Assembly: GCA_963719505.1 (NCBI GenBank)
Contig: CAVRCF010000004.1
Span: 64,001 to 128,000, forward strand
Reading direction: 5' to 3'
DNA length: 64,000 nucleotides
Source: Halobacteriovoraceae bacterium
GTDB lineage: Bacteria; Bdellovibrionota; Bacteriovoracia; Bacteriovoracales; Bacteriovoracaceae
Shown here: piece after piece, positions 8,850 through 18,130 of the stretch
Position numbering within the stretch: position 1 is the stretch's first letter
Layout: every line of letters starts with the position of its first letter
The notes under the pieces: generated by a model
What the model saw: only the letters and a program-made list of their open reading frames with translations
The model's database searches: none
Told to the model about the DNA's origin: nothing
Made by a program: the position numbers and the translations under genes

Positions 8850-9719
8850 CTGAGACTAATTCTCTTGCTATTTTTTATAGCGCTCAATTCAAAAGCCTAC
8901 TATGTCGAACTTCCAGTCATAGGAAAAATAAAAAAAAGCTATGATCTAAGTGCTATCAGCTGTATCGATCTTAATCGTTGTCTTATTGCCTCAGATGAAG
9001 CCACCTTTGTTCAAAGGGCCAAGATCGTTGCAGGCTCTCTTGTCGTCTCTGGAGAGAAAGTTAGCCTTGGAACCTCTTCAGATGAAAATGATATAGAAGG
9101 ATTGGCAAACGATGGAAAGTCATTCTATGCAGTTGGCTCCCACGCTCTTTCTCGTAAACATGGAAAGTTTCAACCCAGTCGATACCAATTTTTTAAAATT
9201 GATCTCAATAAAAATGGACTCTCAGTTTCCACTTATAGCTTGTCTACGGTTCTACGAGATGAGCCTCAGCTTAAAAAGTTTTACAAAAAACCTTTGGATG
9301 AAAATGGCATTAATATCGAAGGGCTCGCCTATCGAGATGGAAAAGTATTTCTTGGTTTTCGAGGTCCGATCATTGATTCAAAAGCTCAAATCCTCTCTTT
9401 TGACCTTGTGGCGTTTTTATCTACACAACAAATTGATTCCACACTTACCTCAATTGATTTAGGAGATGAAAGAGGGGTGAGGTCTTTAGAGTTTCATGGC
9501 GAGCTTCTCTATATTGTTGCTGGTGGAAATGATAGGTCTTTGAACTCTTTAAGTGAGATTAAAAGCTATAGTTTTAAGAGCAAAAGAATCATGCACTCTT
9601 ATGCGACCCCATTGGCCGAAGAAAAGTTAGAGGGCATAACATTTATAGGAAGTGGAAAAGTGATAACAATTTTTGACTCCCTTTTAAATGGCAACCCCTT
9701 TCAAGTTCACCTCTTTTAA
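8850..9719 (+). CDS. DUF3616-like secreted beta-propeller protein (possible CTG start at 8850; TTG at 8865)
   Basis: DIEGLA...YAVGSHA, GINIEGLA..GFRGP, KLEGI motifs. Confidence 0.75.
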   Translation: MRLILLLFFIALNSKAYYVELPVIGKIKKSYDLSAISCIDLNRCLIASDEATFVQRAKIVAGSLVVSGEKVSLGTSSDENDIEGLANDGKSFYAVGSHALSRKHGKFQPSRYQFFKIDLNKNGLSVSTYSLSTVLRDEPQLKKFYKKPLDENGINIEGLAYRDGKVFLGFRGPIIDSKAQILSFDLVAFLSTQQIDSTLTSIDLGDERGVRSLEFHGELLYIVAGGNDRSLNSLSEIKSYSFKSKRIMHSYATPLAEEKLEGITFIGSGKVITIFDSLLNGNPFQVHLF

Positions 9720-10255
9720 AAGACTCGTCCAAGATGAGAGTGAGTACCCACAGACGTATTTGCAATAATATCTTTTTGAAAAGTTTCAAGCTCTTTAAAA
9801 TGGGTTCTGACAAATTCTTTAGAGGAATCGTTGTGAGTGTGATCAAAAATCTTCTTTAGATTAATAGGTTGTTTTGCGATGAGAGACTTTAGGACCTCTA
9901 GGGTCTCTGATTCAATTGTGTTAATAATATAGATTCCCATTTGGGTCGGAGTGAGAACAAAGAAGTCGCTGTCTTTTCTTTTTTCATGTTTGATAAAATC
10001 TCCAATGAAGGCCCCTAGAATATTTTGCTTTGGAAAGATAAACTCAGCATCGTGAGATTCACTTGAGAGAACTCTTCCCGTTTTGTGAGAGAAGCCCAAG
10101 TCGGACAGCTTGTCTAAGAGATATTTTCTTTGGTCTTTAGATAAAAGATCTGCATCTGATCGATCATAATGAATATGCTCGAAAACACATACCAGGTTGT
10201 GTGGGGACTCTAGAAAGAAAAGATATTTGTCATTTTTTAGTTTTTCTATATTCAT
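9716..10255 (-). CDS. Hypothetical protein (paralog of 50002-50520)
   Basis: Shared DLLSK.QR.YL, FPK, TPTQ, QPIN motifs; leaderless TGGTATATT-N6-ATG. Confidence 0.8.
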   Translation of the reverse strand: MNIEKLKNDKYLFFLESPHNLVCVFEHIHYDRSDADLLSKDQRKYLLDKLSDLGFSHKTGRVLSSESHDAEFIFPKQNILGAFIGDFIKHEKRKDSDFFVLTPTQMGIYIINTIESETLEVLKSLIAKQPINLKKIFDHTHNDSSKEFVRTHFKELETFQKDIIANTSVGTHSHLGRVF

Positions 10256-10318
10256 GAAATAAATATACCATAAAATTTTGCGCTCATTTTTTTGTCAAAG
10301 TTATGTTAACGTCCAGAA

Positions 10319-11491
10319 ATGCGTGAAATTAGAACAGATATTGCAATTATTGGGGCTGGAGCATCGGGGATGATGGCCACGCACTTTTGTTCTGAGTTTG
10401 GAAAGTCTGTAACGGTTCTCGATCATAATAAGCAAATTGGAAGAAAAATTCTCATCTCAGGTGGAGGTAAGTGTAACTTTACGAATAGGTATGGAGAGTC
10501 AAAAGACTATTACTGTGAAAACTCTCATTTTGTAAAAAGTGCGATGTCTCGTTTTACAGGTTTGGATTTCCTCAAAATGATTGAAGACCATAACGTGGAA
10601 TATGAAGAGAGAAGGTTTGGTCAACTTTTTTGCAAGAAATCAGCTAAAGATATAAATACTATGCTGTTGTCTCAGGTTCAAAAAGATAATGTTGAAATTC
10701 TTCTTCAACAAAAAGATTTAAAAGTTACTCGGCTTGAAGATGAGAACTTCAAAATTGAAAATGATGCTTTAAGAGTTATTGCTAAAAAACTTGTCATTGC
10801 CACTGGTGGTTTGGTATTGCCCTCTATTGGTGCAAGTGATTTTGGTCATCGGCTGGCCAAAGAAATTGGTCATAAAATAATTCCGACCGTTCCAGCTCTC
10901 GTCCCCTTTATTCTTGAGGGATTTCAAAGTCTTGCTGGAAACGCTTTTGAAGCGGGTATTACGGTTAACGGACACTATCATGAAGAGCCAGTTCTTTTTA
11001 CGCATAAGGGACTTTCAGGACCTTGTATTCTAAAGACATCTCTCTTTTGGAATCATAATGATGTTATTACCGTCAACTGGCTTCCAAAAATTACTCTTGA
11101 TGAAATTTTAGAAAAGATGAAAGGGAAGTACCTGGTTATCAAATCCCTCAGACATCATCTTCCCAATAATTTTGTCGACATTCTTTTTGACAGGATTGGA
11201 CTCGATAAAAAAGTAACACTTGGAGGGCTGACAAAAGTTGATAGGGTCAAGCTTGAGCTCGAGCTCCATAAAATGAAACTCACACCCATTGGAACTGAAG
11301 GGTTTAGAAAAGCCGAGACAACGAGAGGTGGAATTGATACTTCAAAGGTGTCATCAAAAAATTTGGAGAGTAAACTCCAACCCGGAATTCACTTTATTGG
11401 AGAAGTTTTGGATGTCGCGGGCCAACTTGGTGGTCACAATTTTCAGTGGGCATGGGCCAGTGCTCATGCAGTAGGGGTATCTCTTCGCTAG
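10319..11491 (+). CDS. BaiN/RdsA (YhiN, HI0933) family flavoprotein
   Basis: GAGASG, GRKILISGGGKCNFTN, LFTHKGLSGP, TRGG, GE.LD..GGHNFQWAW. Confidence 0.93.
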   Translation: MREIRTDIAIIGAGASGMMATHFCSEFGKSVTVLDHNKQIGRKILISGGGKCNFTNRYGESKDYYCENSHFVKSAMSRFTGLDFLKMIEDHNVEYEERRFGQLFCKKSAKDINTMLLSQVQKDNVEILLQQKDLKVTRLEDENFKIENDALRVIAKKLVIATGGLVLPSIGASDFGHRLAKEIGHKIIPTVPALVPFILEGFQSLAGNAFEAGITVNGHYHEEPVLFTHKGLSGPCILKTSLFWNHNDVITVNWLPKITLDEILEKMKGKYLVIKSLRHHLPNNFVDILFDRIGLDKKVTLGGLTKVDRVKLELELHKMKLTPIGTEGFRKAETTRGGIDTSKVSSKNLESKLQPGIHFIGEVLDVAGQLGGHNFQWAWASAHAVGVSLR

Positions 11492-11544
11492 GAGAAACTT
11501 CTGTTACTGGCCTATCTTGGCAAAAGACTTGCAACAATTGATGT

Positions 11545-12471
11545 ATGAAAAAACTTATCTTACCACTCCTTTTAGTATCAACCGTCAGCTTTGGGCAAAG
11601 TAACTATCTTGCGCAACTGACGATTCCCCAGACCTCATCTGATAGCCTTTATGAAGGAGAGCTTTCTAGTTCTGGCATGAGACAAATCAAAGTTTCAAGT
11701 GCTTACTGTGAGATCTTTAAACTAAAAAGAGAAGAAATTCAGATGTATTCTGGAACAGATAGATTTTCCTCAGAATATGAAAAGCTCAGACCTCTAGAAA
11801 ATCTGTGTTACTTACAAATAGCAACGAACGATGATCAAGGTGGTCTTACGGGATTCTCAGTTTCAAGGCAGTTTGAAGGTGGCGGAGAGAGAAGTCTTCG
11901 ATTCGTTTTCGATAAAAGGGCCATGAATGACGCTCACTTAGAGATTACAGATGATTCCCAACTAACGGGAAGAATGTCTCACGACCTATTGGAGACGACT
12001 GTTCAGTTCATTCCGAGGCTTGTTATCCCTTATATTAAGTTAAATCAGGAATCGTTAGAAACGAAACGAGAAGTCGTTCTCTCAACGGGTGAGTCAGTTG
12101 TTATAGACTTTGCAAAAAGTAGCATTGTCGGTGGCGTCTTAGAATCTAGTCCCATTGATTTAGAACTTTCGAGGCATACGAGAAAATTTGTTGGTCTTAA
12201 GTATACAGGTTCTGGAATCATGATCCGGGCGGACAGAAGAGCTGGAACTCCAAGGCATATCTATAGGACTTCCTATAATTCTAATGAAAAGATCTCTAAA
12301 GCCACATTAACCTATCAAGGGGAGACTTGTTATATAGATAAGTCTCTTATATGGGCGAACTCTGATAACGCAAATCTAGGGGCCTATCTGCTCTATGAGA
12401 GTGATAAAGAGCTGATGGATAAAGTGATAACTCCAAAGTGTGGATGGGTGCTGGATACTGAGACTTTTTAG
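11545..12471 (+). CDS. Secreted hypothetical protein
   Basis: Signal peptide MKKLILPLLLVSTVSFG; 308 aa. Confidence 0.75.
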   Translation: MKKLILPLLLVSTVSFGQSNYLAQLTIPQTSSDSLYEGELSSSGMRQIKVSSAYCEIFKLKREEIQMYSGTDRFSSEYEKLRPLENLCYLQIATNDDQGGLTGFSVSRQFEGGGERSLRFVFDKRAMNDAHLEITDDSQLTGRMSHDLLETTVQFIPRLVIPYIKLNQESLETKREVVLSTGESVVIDFAKSSIVGGVLESSPIDLELSRHTRKFVGLKYTGSGIMIRADRRAGTPRHIYRTSYNSNEKISKATLTYQGETCYIDKSLIWANSDNANLGAYLLYESDKELMDKVITPKCGWVLDTETF

Positions 12472-12614
12472 TCAACTAATTAGACAAGCGTCAAAACTTT
12501 AAACAAGTAAACTTTTATTAAGGCAAAATATTCCAAATTAAGACTTCTTTAGTTAAATCCAATCTCTACGAGTAAAATACTCTTAATAGATTAATTTAAC
12601 AAAAGAGGAATCAA

Positions 12615-13850
12615 TTGAAATCATTGTTGTTTTTGGCCATCATCTTCACAGGTCTAAGCGGTAAAGCTTTTGGGGTAAATCTACAAAAATTTCATTTTTC
12701 AAATTCTCCCATTTTTGCCACTCTAGAAGATGGTCTTTTAAACGATGGTCTCATCACGACTGACTATAAGTACATTGTCGTTTCAAGTTACAATTATGTT
12801 CGCTCTCCTTTTATAGAAGTTGATGGAAATCAAAGAGATAAAACTATTATCGAGTGGATGCATACTCTCAATATTGGCGGCGCCTACCGATTTACAGATT
12901 ACTTTCAGATTGGTCTCAGCACTTTTTTCACTTATGAGGAACTAGAGCCTGCAGATGAGACTGAAAAAGAAAAAGTTTTTACAACAGGTGATACAACAAT
13001 TGATTTTAAATATAAGTTTTATGATAAAAACAGACTCTCACTTGCTTTTACACCAAGGGTTTATCTTCCAACAGGACAAGAAAAATTTTTCACCTCTGAT
13101 AACGGGGTTGGTTACTACCTGGGGTTTGCACTGGATAAGGCTTTTGACTACTTTCAGGTCGCTCTAAACTTTGGCCATAGAGAAAATCCAAATGCTCAAT
13201 ACGATATCGTTGATTACAGACGCCAGTTTCACACGTCGATAGGTGCTATTATCCCACTTCTAGGTCCACTCGATCTCACCGCTGAGTTCTATAGAGATAC
13301 ACCTTATGATGCTGAAAATGAACAGGTACCAAGCGAGGTCAATGTTGGTCTTCGCTATGCTAACGCCAAAGATAGTGCCTTTTTTGCTGGTATGGGAACA
13401 GGGTCTCTTGAAGAAGACAATTCAACAGATGCAAGAGTCTATTTCGGATACAAGTATTTCCCGTCAAAAGACTTAGAGAATAAAATTATTGAAGAAGAAA
13501 AAAAATATGGAATCTTTTATCAAAACCACAATATTCTTTTTCCAACGGGAAAAGCACAAGTTGTTGGGATTAACCAAAACAAATTGAATCTTATGGTTAA
13601 AAATTTAAAAAGTGATCCTTATATATCCAAAATAGTCGTCGAGGGATACGCCTCTCGAATGGGTGAGAAGGAAATGAATCAAGAGCTCTCTAATGAACGA
13701 GCTCAAGTGGTAAAGGACTATATCATTAGTCAGGGAATGCCAAAGAGTATGGTTGAGATCGTCTCATATGGAAACTCAAAGGCAGATAAAAAAATTATTA
13801 ATAAAAAAACAGATAGAAAAGTAGCGTTTCGAATTTATAGAAACAAATAG
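12615..13850 (+). CDS. Outer-membrane beta-barrel protein with C-terminal OmpA-like domain
   Basis: Signal peptide; alternating beta strands; VEGYAS..G...NQELSNERA.VV..G, DRKV motifs. Confidence 0.85.
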   Translation: MKSLLFLAIIFTGLSGKAFGVNLQKFHFSNSPIFATLEDGLLNDGLITTDYKYIVVSSYNYVRSPFIEVDGNQRDKTIIEWMHTLNIGGAYRFTDYFQIGLSTFFTYEELEPADETEKEKVFTTGDTTIDFKYKFYDKNRLSLAFTPRVYLPTGQEKFFTSDNGVGYYLGFALDKAFDYFQVALNFGHRENPNAQYDIVDYRRQFHTSIGAIIPLLGPLDLTAEFYRDTPYDAENEQVPSEVNVGLRYANAKDSAFFAGMGTGSLEEDNSTDARVYFGYKYFPSKDLENKIIEEEKKYGIFYQNHNILFPTGKAQVVGINQNKLNLMVKNLKSDPYISKIVVEGYASRMGEKEMNQELSNERAQVVKDYIISQGMPKSMVEIVSYGNSKADKKIINKKTDRKVAFRIYRNK

Positions 13851-13859
13851 AATCAAGGA

Positions 13860-14600
13860 TTGATTATGAAACTAACATTAGGTTTACTCTTATTAAGTTT
13901 GTTAACTTCTTGTGGCAAAAATGCTTTCTTGGAAAGTAAAGATACTGCCGGAAGGATTATTAGCGGTGTTGGTCCTGGAGAAGGTGATGGAGAAAACGAC
14001 GGTGGTGTTCGTGATCCTCAAGGATGTTCGCTCAAAGAAGTCGTCATTGAAGCAAAAAATAGAGATCTTAATAAAGCTGATCACCCTTTTAATTTTTGGC
14101 CCATGAGACAAGCTGAATACAACCGTTATGTTAAAGACGGAAAAAATAAACTTTATATGGTTGATTTTGGAATGATTATCCTAGACTTTAATCTCTCTTC
14201 TTTAAACATTGAAGATAAGAAAGTGAAAAAAGTTTATGTGAGTTTTAACTCTGATCAGTACTTTCAAATTGACGGAAGCTATGAACACGCATCTCAGATT
14301 TGTCATAATCAAAACTATGTTTGTTCCGGTGTTGAGAAGAGTATGGATGGTCACGTCATCAACACGCAGTATACTTGGATTGATGAGGACTTCTCTCACT
14401 ACGTTGATGCTATAGAGACCACGCAGAGATACCGTAAATGGGCTTTGAGAGAAATTCGTGGAGGCTATGATGTCACGAAAATGCTTTTAAACGGGCAGAC
14501 AGAGATCTCAACAAACGAGTTAAAGAGCGACTATAGTATTTTTATTACTGATAATCATAAGGTTACTTCGGCTAAGCTTGCTGTTTCTTATTGCCAGTAA
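13860..14600 (+). CDS. Lipoprotein, hypothetical
   Basis: Lipobox LLTSC; directly downstream of OmpA-like gene. Confidence 0.7.
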   Translation: MIMKLTLGLLLLSLLTSCGKNAFLESKDTAGRIISGVGPGEGDGENDGGVRDPQGCSLKEVVIEAKNRDLNKADHPFNFWPMRQAEYNRYVKDGKNKLYMVDFGMIILDFNLSSLNIEDKKVKKVYVSFNSDQYFQIDGSYEHASQICHNQNYVCSGVEKSMDGHVINTQYTWIDEDFSHYVDAIETTQRYRKWALREIRGGYDVTKMLLNGQTEISTNELKSDYSIFITDNHKVTSAKLAVSYCQ

Positions 14601-15012
14601 CTTTAAAGACCTTCTTTTCGCGTAGGTTTTTTAAAATTTCTAATTGCTCATCTGTCGGAATACATCGGCAGTATGGGCAAGTGATCCAGTCTGGTTCTAA
14701 GTCCTCATTGCACTGAAGACAATTGGGGTCACTGTTATCAACCCACCGATCGTTTTTGTGATAAATAATCTGACCAATAATGACGACTACAGGTATTGTT
14801 GTTGCTATTTGTTTGACTAAAAATATTGTTGAATTCTCAATCCAAGCAGTCAAGGTCAATATCCCAAAGCCCATTGCGAGCATTACATGGTAGATCATTG
14901 AGAGATCTCTTACTTCTTTGTGAATTTGGATCTTGTAGATTTGAAACCAATAGCTCGTAGATAATAACACTACCGCAGCCCAAGAAAGAATCTTTATAAA
15001 CTCTGGTGACAT
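14572..15012 (-). CDS. PQ-loop/SemiSWEET-like membrane protein fused to a zinc ribbon
   Basis: SYWFQIYKI...VRDLS with three TMs; C-terminal CLQC-x10-CPYC. Confidence 0.7.
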   Translation of the reverse strand: MSPEFIKILSWAAVVLLSTSYWFQIYKIQIHKEVRDLSMIYHVMLAMGFGILTLTAWIENSTIFLVKQIATTIPVVVIIGQIIYHKNDRWVDNSDPNCLQCNEDLEPDWITCPYCRCIPTDEQLEILKNLREKKVFKVTGNKKQQA

Positions 15013-15227
15013 ATATTTACCCTTTAATTTGTTCGACTCGCTATTTTATCTACTAAGCTTTGTTAATGTCAAATTATGGCAGATCAAATGTATAAGTGAT
15101 ATAGTTAGTGCGAGGGGATTTCTAGCATTTTCTAAGTTTTAACGCCTTGTTGTGTCGCTATTTGGATCCCAAGATCTTCATATCCACAAGATATGATGCA
15201 GTGAATTTTAAAGAGAGATAATGATAA

Positions 15228-16016
15228 ATGAATGATCAAATTCTTAGAGTTTCTATATTCGTTTTGACCTTAGTGAGCTTTACATTGTTAGAGCTCAAAT
15301 TTGAATATAGACCCAGACTTTTAAAAAGAAAGGATCGTTGGGGGGCCAATATTGGAATGGTGATATTTTCATCGGCCTTATTGAGACTAATTGCTCCTTT
15401 GGGTTTATTTTATTTTTGCCACATGGGCCAGGAGAGATCTTTGGGTTTCTTCCATCTGGTTGATATGAATATATTCGTGGAAATTATTATATCTTTAATT
15501 CTTTTGGACTTTCTTATCTACCTGCAACATCGTCTCTTTCATCACTTCGATTTTTTATGGAGATTTCATAGAGTTCATCATGCCGATGTTGATTTGGATG
15601 CTAGCTCAGCGCTGCGTTTTCACCCTCTAGAAATACTTTTTTCATTTCTCTACAAAGCTGTCTTTATTTTATTATTTGGATTTAGTTTCGAGTCAGTTTT
15701 CTTCTTTGAAATTATTCTCAGCAGCATGGCCATTTTCAATCATTCTAATCTCTATATTCCTCACAAAATTGAGAGACTTCTTAGACTCATTTTTGTCACT
15801 CCTCAAATGCATATTATTCATCACAGTGTGAAGCAGATCCAAAGTGATTCAAATTTTGGATTTAATCTTTCTTGTTGGGATAGAATATTGAAAAGCTATA
15901 CTGATAAATTTGATCAGAATTCTAAAATTGGACAAAACTATTATCGCGATAGACAATCACATAGACTTTTAAAACTAATAGGACTGCCTTTTAAAAATGA
16001 AAATAATCTCAAGTAA
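15228..16016 (+). CDS. Sterol desaturase / fatty acid hydroxylase family protein
   Basis: His boxes HRLFH, HRVHH, HSN, HIIHH; RFHP; NFG..WDR. Confidence 0.92.
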   Translation: MNDQILRVSIFVLTLVSFTLLELKFEYRPRLLKRKDRWGANIGMVIFSSALLRLIAPLGLFYFCHMGQERSLGFFHLVDMNIFVEIIISLILLDFLIYLQHRLFHHFDFLWRFHRVHHADVDLDASSALRFHPLEILFSFLYKAVFILLFGFSFESVFFFEIILSSMAIFNHSNLYIPHKIERLLRLIFVTPQMHIIHHSVKQIQSDSNFGFNLSCWDRILKSYTDKFDQNSKIGQNYYRDRQSHRLLKLIGLPFKNENNLK

Positions 16017-16758
16017 TATCAGATTTAATAACCCCGCTGACAAAGAAAATGCGTGGCCTCATAGAAAGTCTTTTCTTACAAATCTTCTTCTGTCTTATCA
16101 TCCGGATATTATCGGTACACAGGAGGGAAGAGAGCCACAAATACGAGAACTATTGTCCTTGTTGCCAGGAAGATTATTGGTCGATGGTCACCGTAAATGG
16201 ATCGAGCAAAGAATGTACCCCTGCCTTTTTGTGAGTCATAATATTCTAGTAGAGAAGTCCGCTGACATTTGGTTTTCAAAGACTCCCCATGTTCCTGGAA
16301 CTAAGCTCGAAGATTCTGCTTTTCCTAGAATGGCGACGTTTGCTATAATCAGTATAGACAAGAAACAAATTCTCGTGGCAAATATGCACTTAGATCACAC
16401 AGCTGATCCCGTTAGAGAAGATCAGATTGATATCTTCATAAAAGAAATAAAAAATATTGAGTTTGATGGGCCTTTGATAATTTGTGGTGATTTTAATTCT
16501 AAAGTTGATGGTGCCGTTTATAAGAAACTCATCGACGAACTCAGCCTAGTCGACCCATGGAAAACTCTGTCGTTAAAGGAAGAGACGAGCTTTCACCAAT
16601 TTATGGGAACGTTGGATACGGGGCATAGAATCGACTGGATATTGCATTCTGAGCATTTTATGTGCAAAGAAATTAAACTCTTAAAAGACACTGAGAATGG
16701 GCTTTATCCATCAGACCATTTTCCAGTTTTTTGTGATATAGTATTAAAAAAAGAGTAA
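15997..16758 (+). CDS. Endonuclease/exonuclease/phosphatase (EEP) family protein
   Basis: SNIR, GTQE, HLD, GDFNS, RIDWI, SDHFPV. Confidence 0.92.
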   Translation: MKIISSNIRFNNPADKENAWPHRKSFLTNLLLSYHPDIIGTQEGREPQIRELLSLLPGRLLVDGHRKWIEQRMYPCLFVSHNILVEKSADIWFSKTPHVPGTKLEDSAFPRMATFAIISIDKKQILVANMHLDHTADPVREDQIDIFIKEIKNIEFDGPLIICGDFNSKVDGAVYKKLIDELSLVDPWKTLSLKEETSFHQFMGTLDTGHRIDWILHSEHFMCKEIKLLKDTENGLYPSDHFPVFCDIVLKKE

Positions 16759-16768
16759 AGGAATATAT

Positions 16769-16978
16769 ATGGATGATTCAAAATTAGGAAAATGGGTAGA
16801 AGTTGAATTGGTTAATGGTAAAAAATGGGTAGGTCGTCTTGAAGAGTGGGATGAAGAAGCTGTTTTTATCAGTAATGGCTTTAAGTTTGGCCATACAAAT
16901 CATAAAGGTGCAGAGTGCGCCAGTAGCGAAGTAAAAGAACTTTCTACGACAGAAAAGTCGGAATTTAGCGTTTCTTAA
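16769..16978 (+). CDS. Small Sm/LSm-fold-like protein
   Basis: GKWVEVELVNGKKWVGRLEEWD resembles Sm1 motif; SD AAGGA. Confidence 0.55.
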   Translation: MDDSKLGKWVEVELVNGKKWVGRLEEWDEEAVFISNGFKFGHTNHKGAECASSEVKELSTTEKSEFSVS

Positions 16979-17309
16979 AAATCAAACTCATTATTGTCAC
17001 ACTTAAAAAAGCACTAAATCCAAGTGTGCCACCTAAATTGATACCTAGGGTCGCAGTTTGGTTAAAAATGAAAACAAAAAGAACAGATCCAAAGAGAATA
17101 TGAGAGCTCCTTAGAACTTTTAAGGAAGTCATGCCAACAAAGCTAGAGCCGTAAATAATGGGCTGTAGACTTTGGTCGTTAGGAAAGATGGCCATCGCTA
17201 ATAAGGATAAAATAAGGGTTGATAGGATCGATGAAAGCACAATCGATATTCTGTGCCCAAGAGCCGTCGTTATTGCACAACTTGATATCGCAAAAGCAAA
17301 AGCTATCAA
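16965..17309 (-). CDS. Small membrane protein (second of a homologous pair)
   Basis: YGSSFVGM and GGTLGFSAF motifs; TTGA overlap with upstream paralog. Confidence 0.7.
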   Translation of the reverse strand: MIAFAFAISSCAITTALGHRISIVLSSILSTLILSLLAMAIFPNDQSLQPIIYGSSFVGMTSLKVLRSSHILFGSVLFVFIFNQTATLGINLGGTLGFSAFLSVTIMSLIFKKR

Positions 17310-17665
17310 AACAACTCCACAAAGAGATTAACCGAACAACCGATAAAGGCAATTGTTCCCAATTTCCCACCAAATCCGATGAGACGGTTCTCAAGTGCGA
17401 TGAAAGCCAAGGCTGAAATAAATGATGCCGTTATTAAAAAAAATATATTATCGATATTCCCCATGGCGATAAAAGATCCACAATATAGCAAACCATCATT
17501 TTTGTAAGTTTTGAAAATAAGTCTATGAATAGCGATAAAGAATAAACTGGCAAGACAAGAAGCTATGACAGCTGAGAAGAAAGCTTTCAAATAGAATGTT
17601 CCAAATGAGCCAATTAAAATAGGCAAAAAAATATTAAGGAAGAGGGCAAAATACTTCGAGATCAT
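17306..17665 (-). CDS. Small membrane protein (first of a homologous pair)
   Basis: YCGSFIAM and GFGGKLGTIAF motifs; start uncertain (17665 or 17695). Confidence 0.7.
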   Translation of the reverse strand: MISKYFALFLNIFLPILIGSFGTFYLKAFFSAVIASCLASLFFIAIHRLIFKTYKNDGLLYCGSFIAMGNIDNIFFLITASFISALAFIALENRLIGFGGKLGTIAFIGCSVNLFVELF

Positions 17666-17778
17666 ATCTAACAGTCCGAATTCATGAAGGGGCAAATAAA
17701 GAGATATATAAAGTCTAAATATCTTTTATAATTCAAGATGACAAGAAAGCTAACCAAAGTCAAAAAATAAGGAATCAA

Positions 17779-18093
17779 ATGAAAAAAATTATCTTAATGA
17801 CCTTTCTCCTTCTATCTTTTATGAGCTATTCAAATGATTCTGAAAAAGAAGAAGGCAATATTAGTGAGCGTAAAAAAATGCGTCAAGAAAAGCGCAAAGC
17901 TCGAAAAGCCCACATGAAAACTCTAACCAAAGATCAAAGAAAAGATATGAGGGCTGAATTCAAAGCTAAAAAACAACAGCATTATGAAAACTCTAGTGAT
18001 GAAAAGAAGGCCAAGATGGACAAAAGAAAAGCCAGAAGACAAGAAATGAGAAAGAAGAGAAAGGCAGAAAGGCTAAAAAAGAAAGAATCTTAA
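17779..18093 (+). CDS. Secreted, highly basic (K/R-rich) helical protein
   Basis: SD AAGGA; signal peptide; K/R-rich low-complexity mature part. Confidence 0.75.
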   Translation: MKKIILMTFLLLSFMSYSNDSEKEEGNISERKKMRQEKRKARKAHMKTLTKDQRKDMRAEFKAKKQQHYENSSDEKKAKMDKRKARRQEMRKKRKAERLKKKES

Positions 18094-18110
18094 AAAGATT
18101 ATTTACACCT

Positions 18111-18130
18111 GGAGTAGCGAAGGCTACTCC
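18111..18130. terminator. Hairpin terminator between convergent genes
   Basis: GGAGTAGC-gaag-GCTACTCC. Confidence 0.7.
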
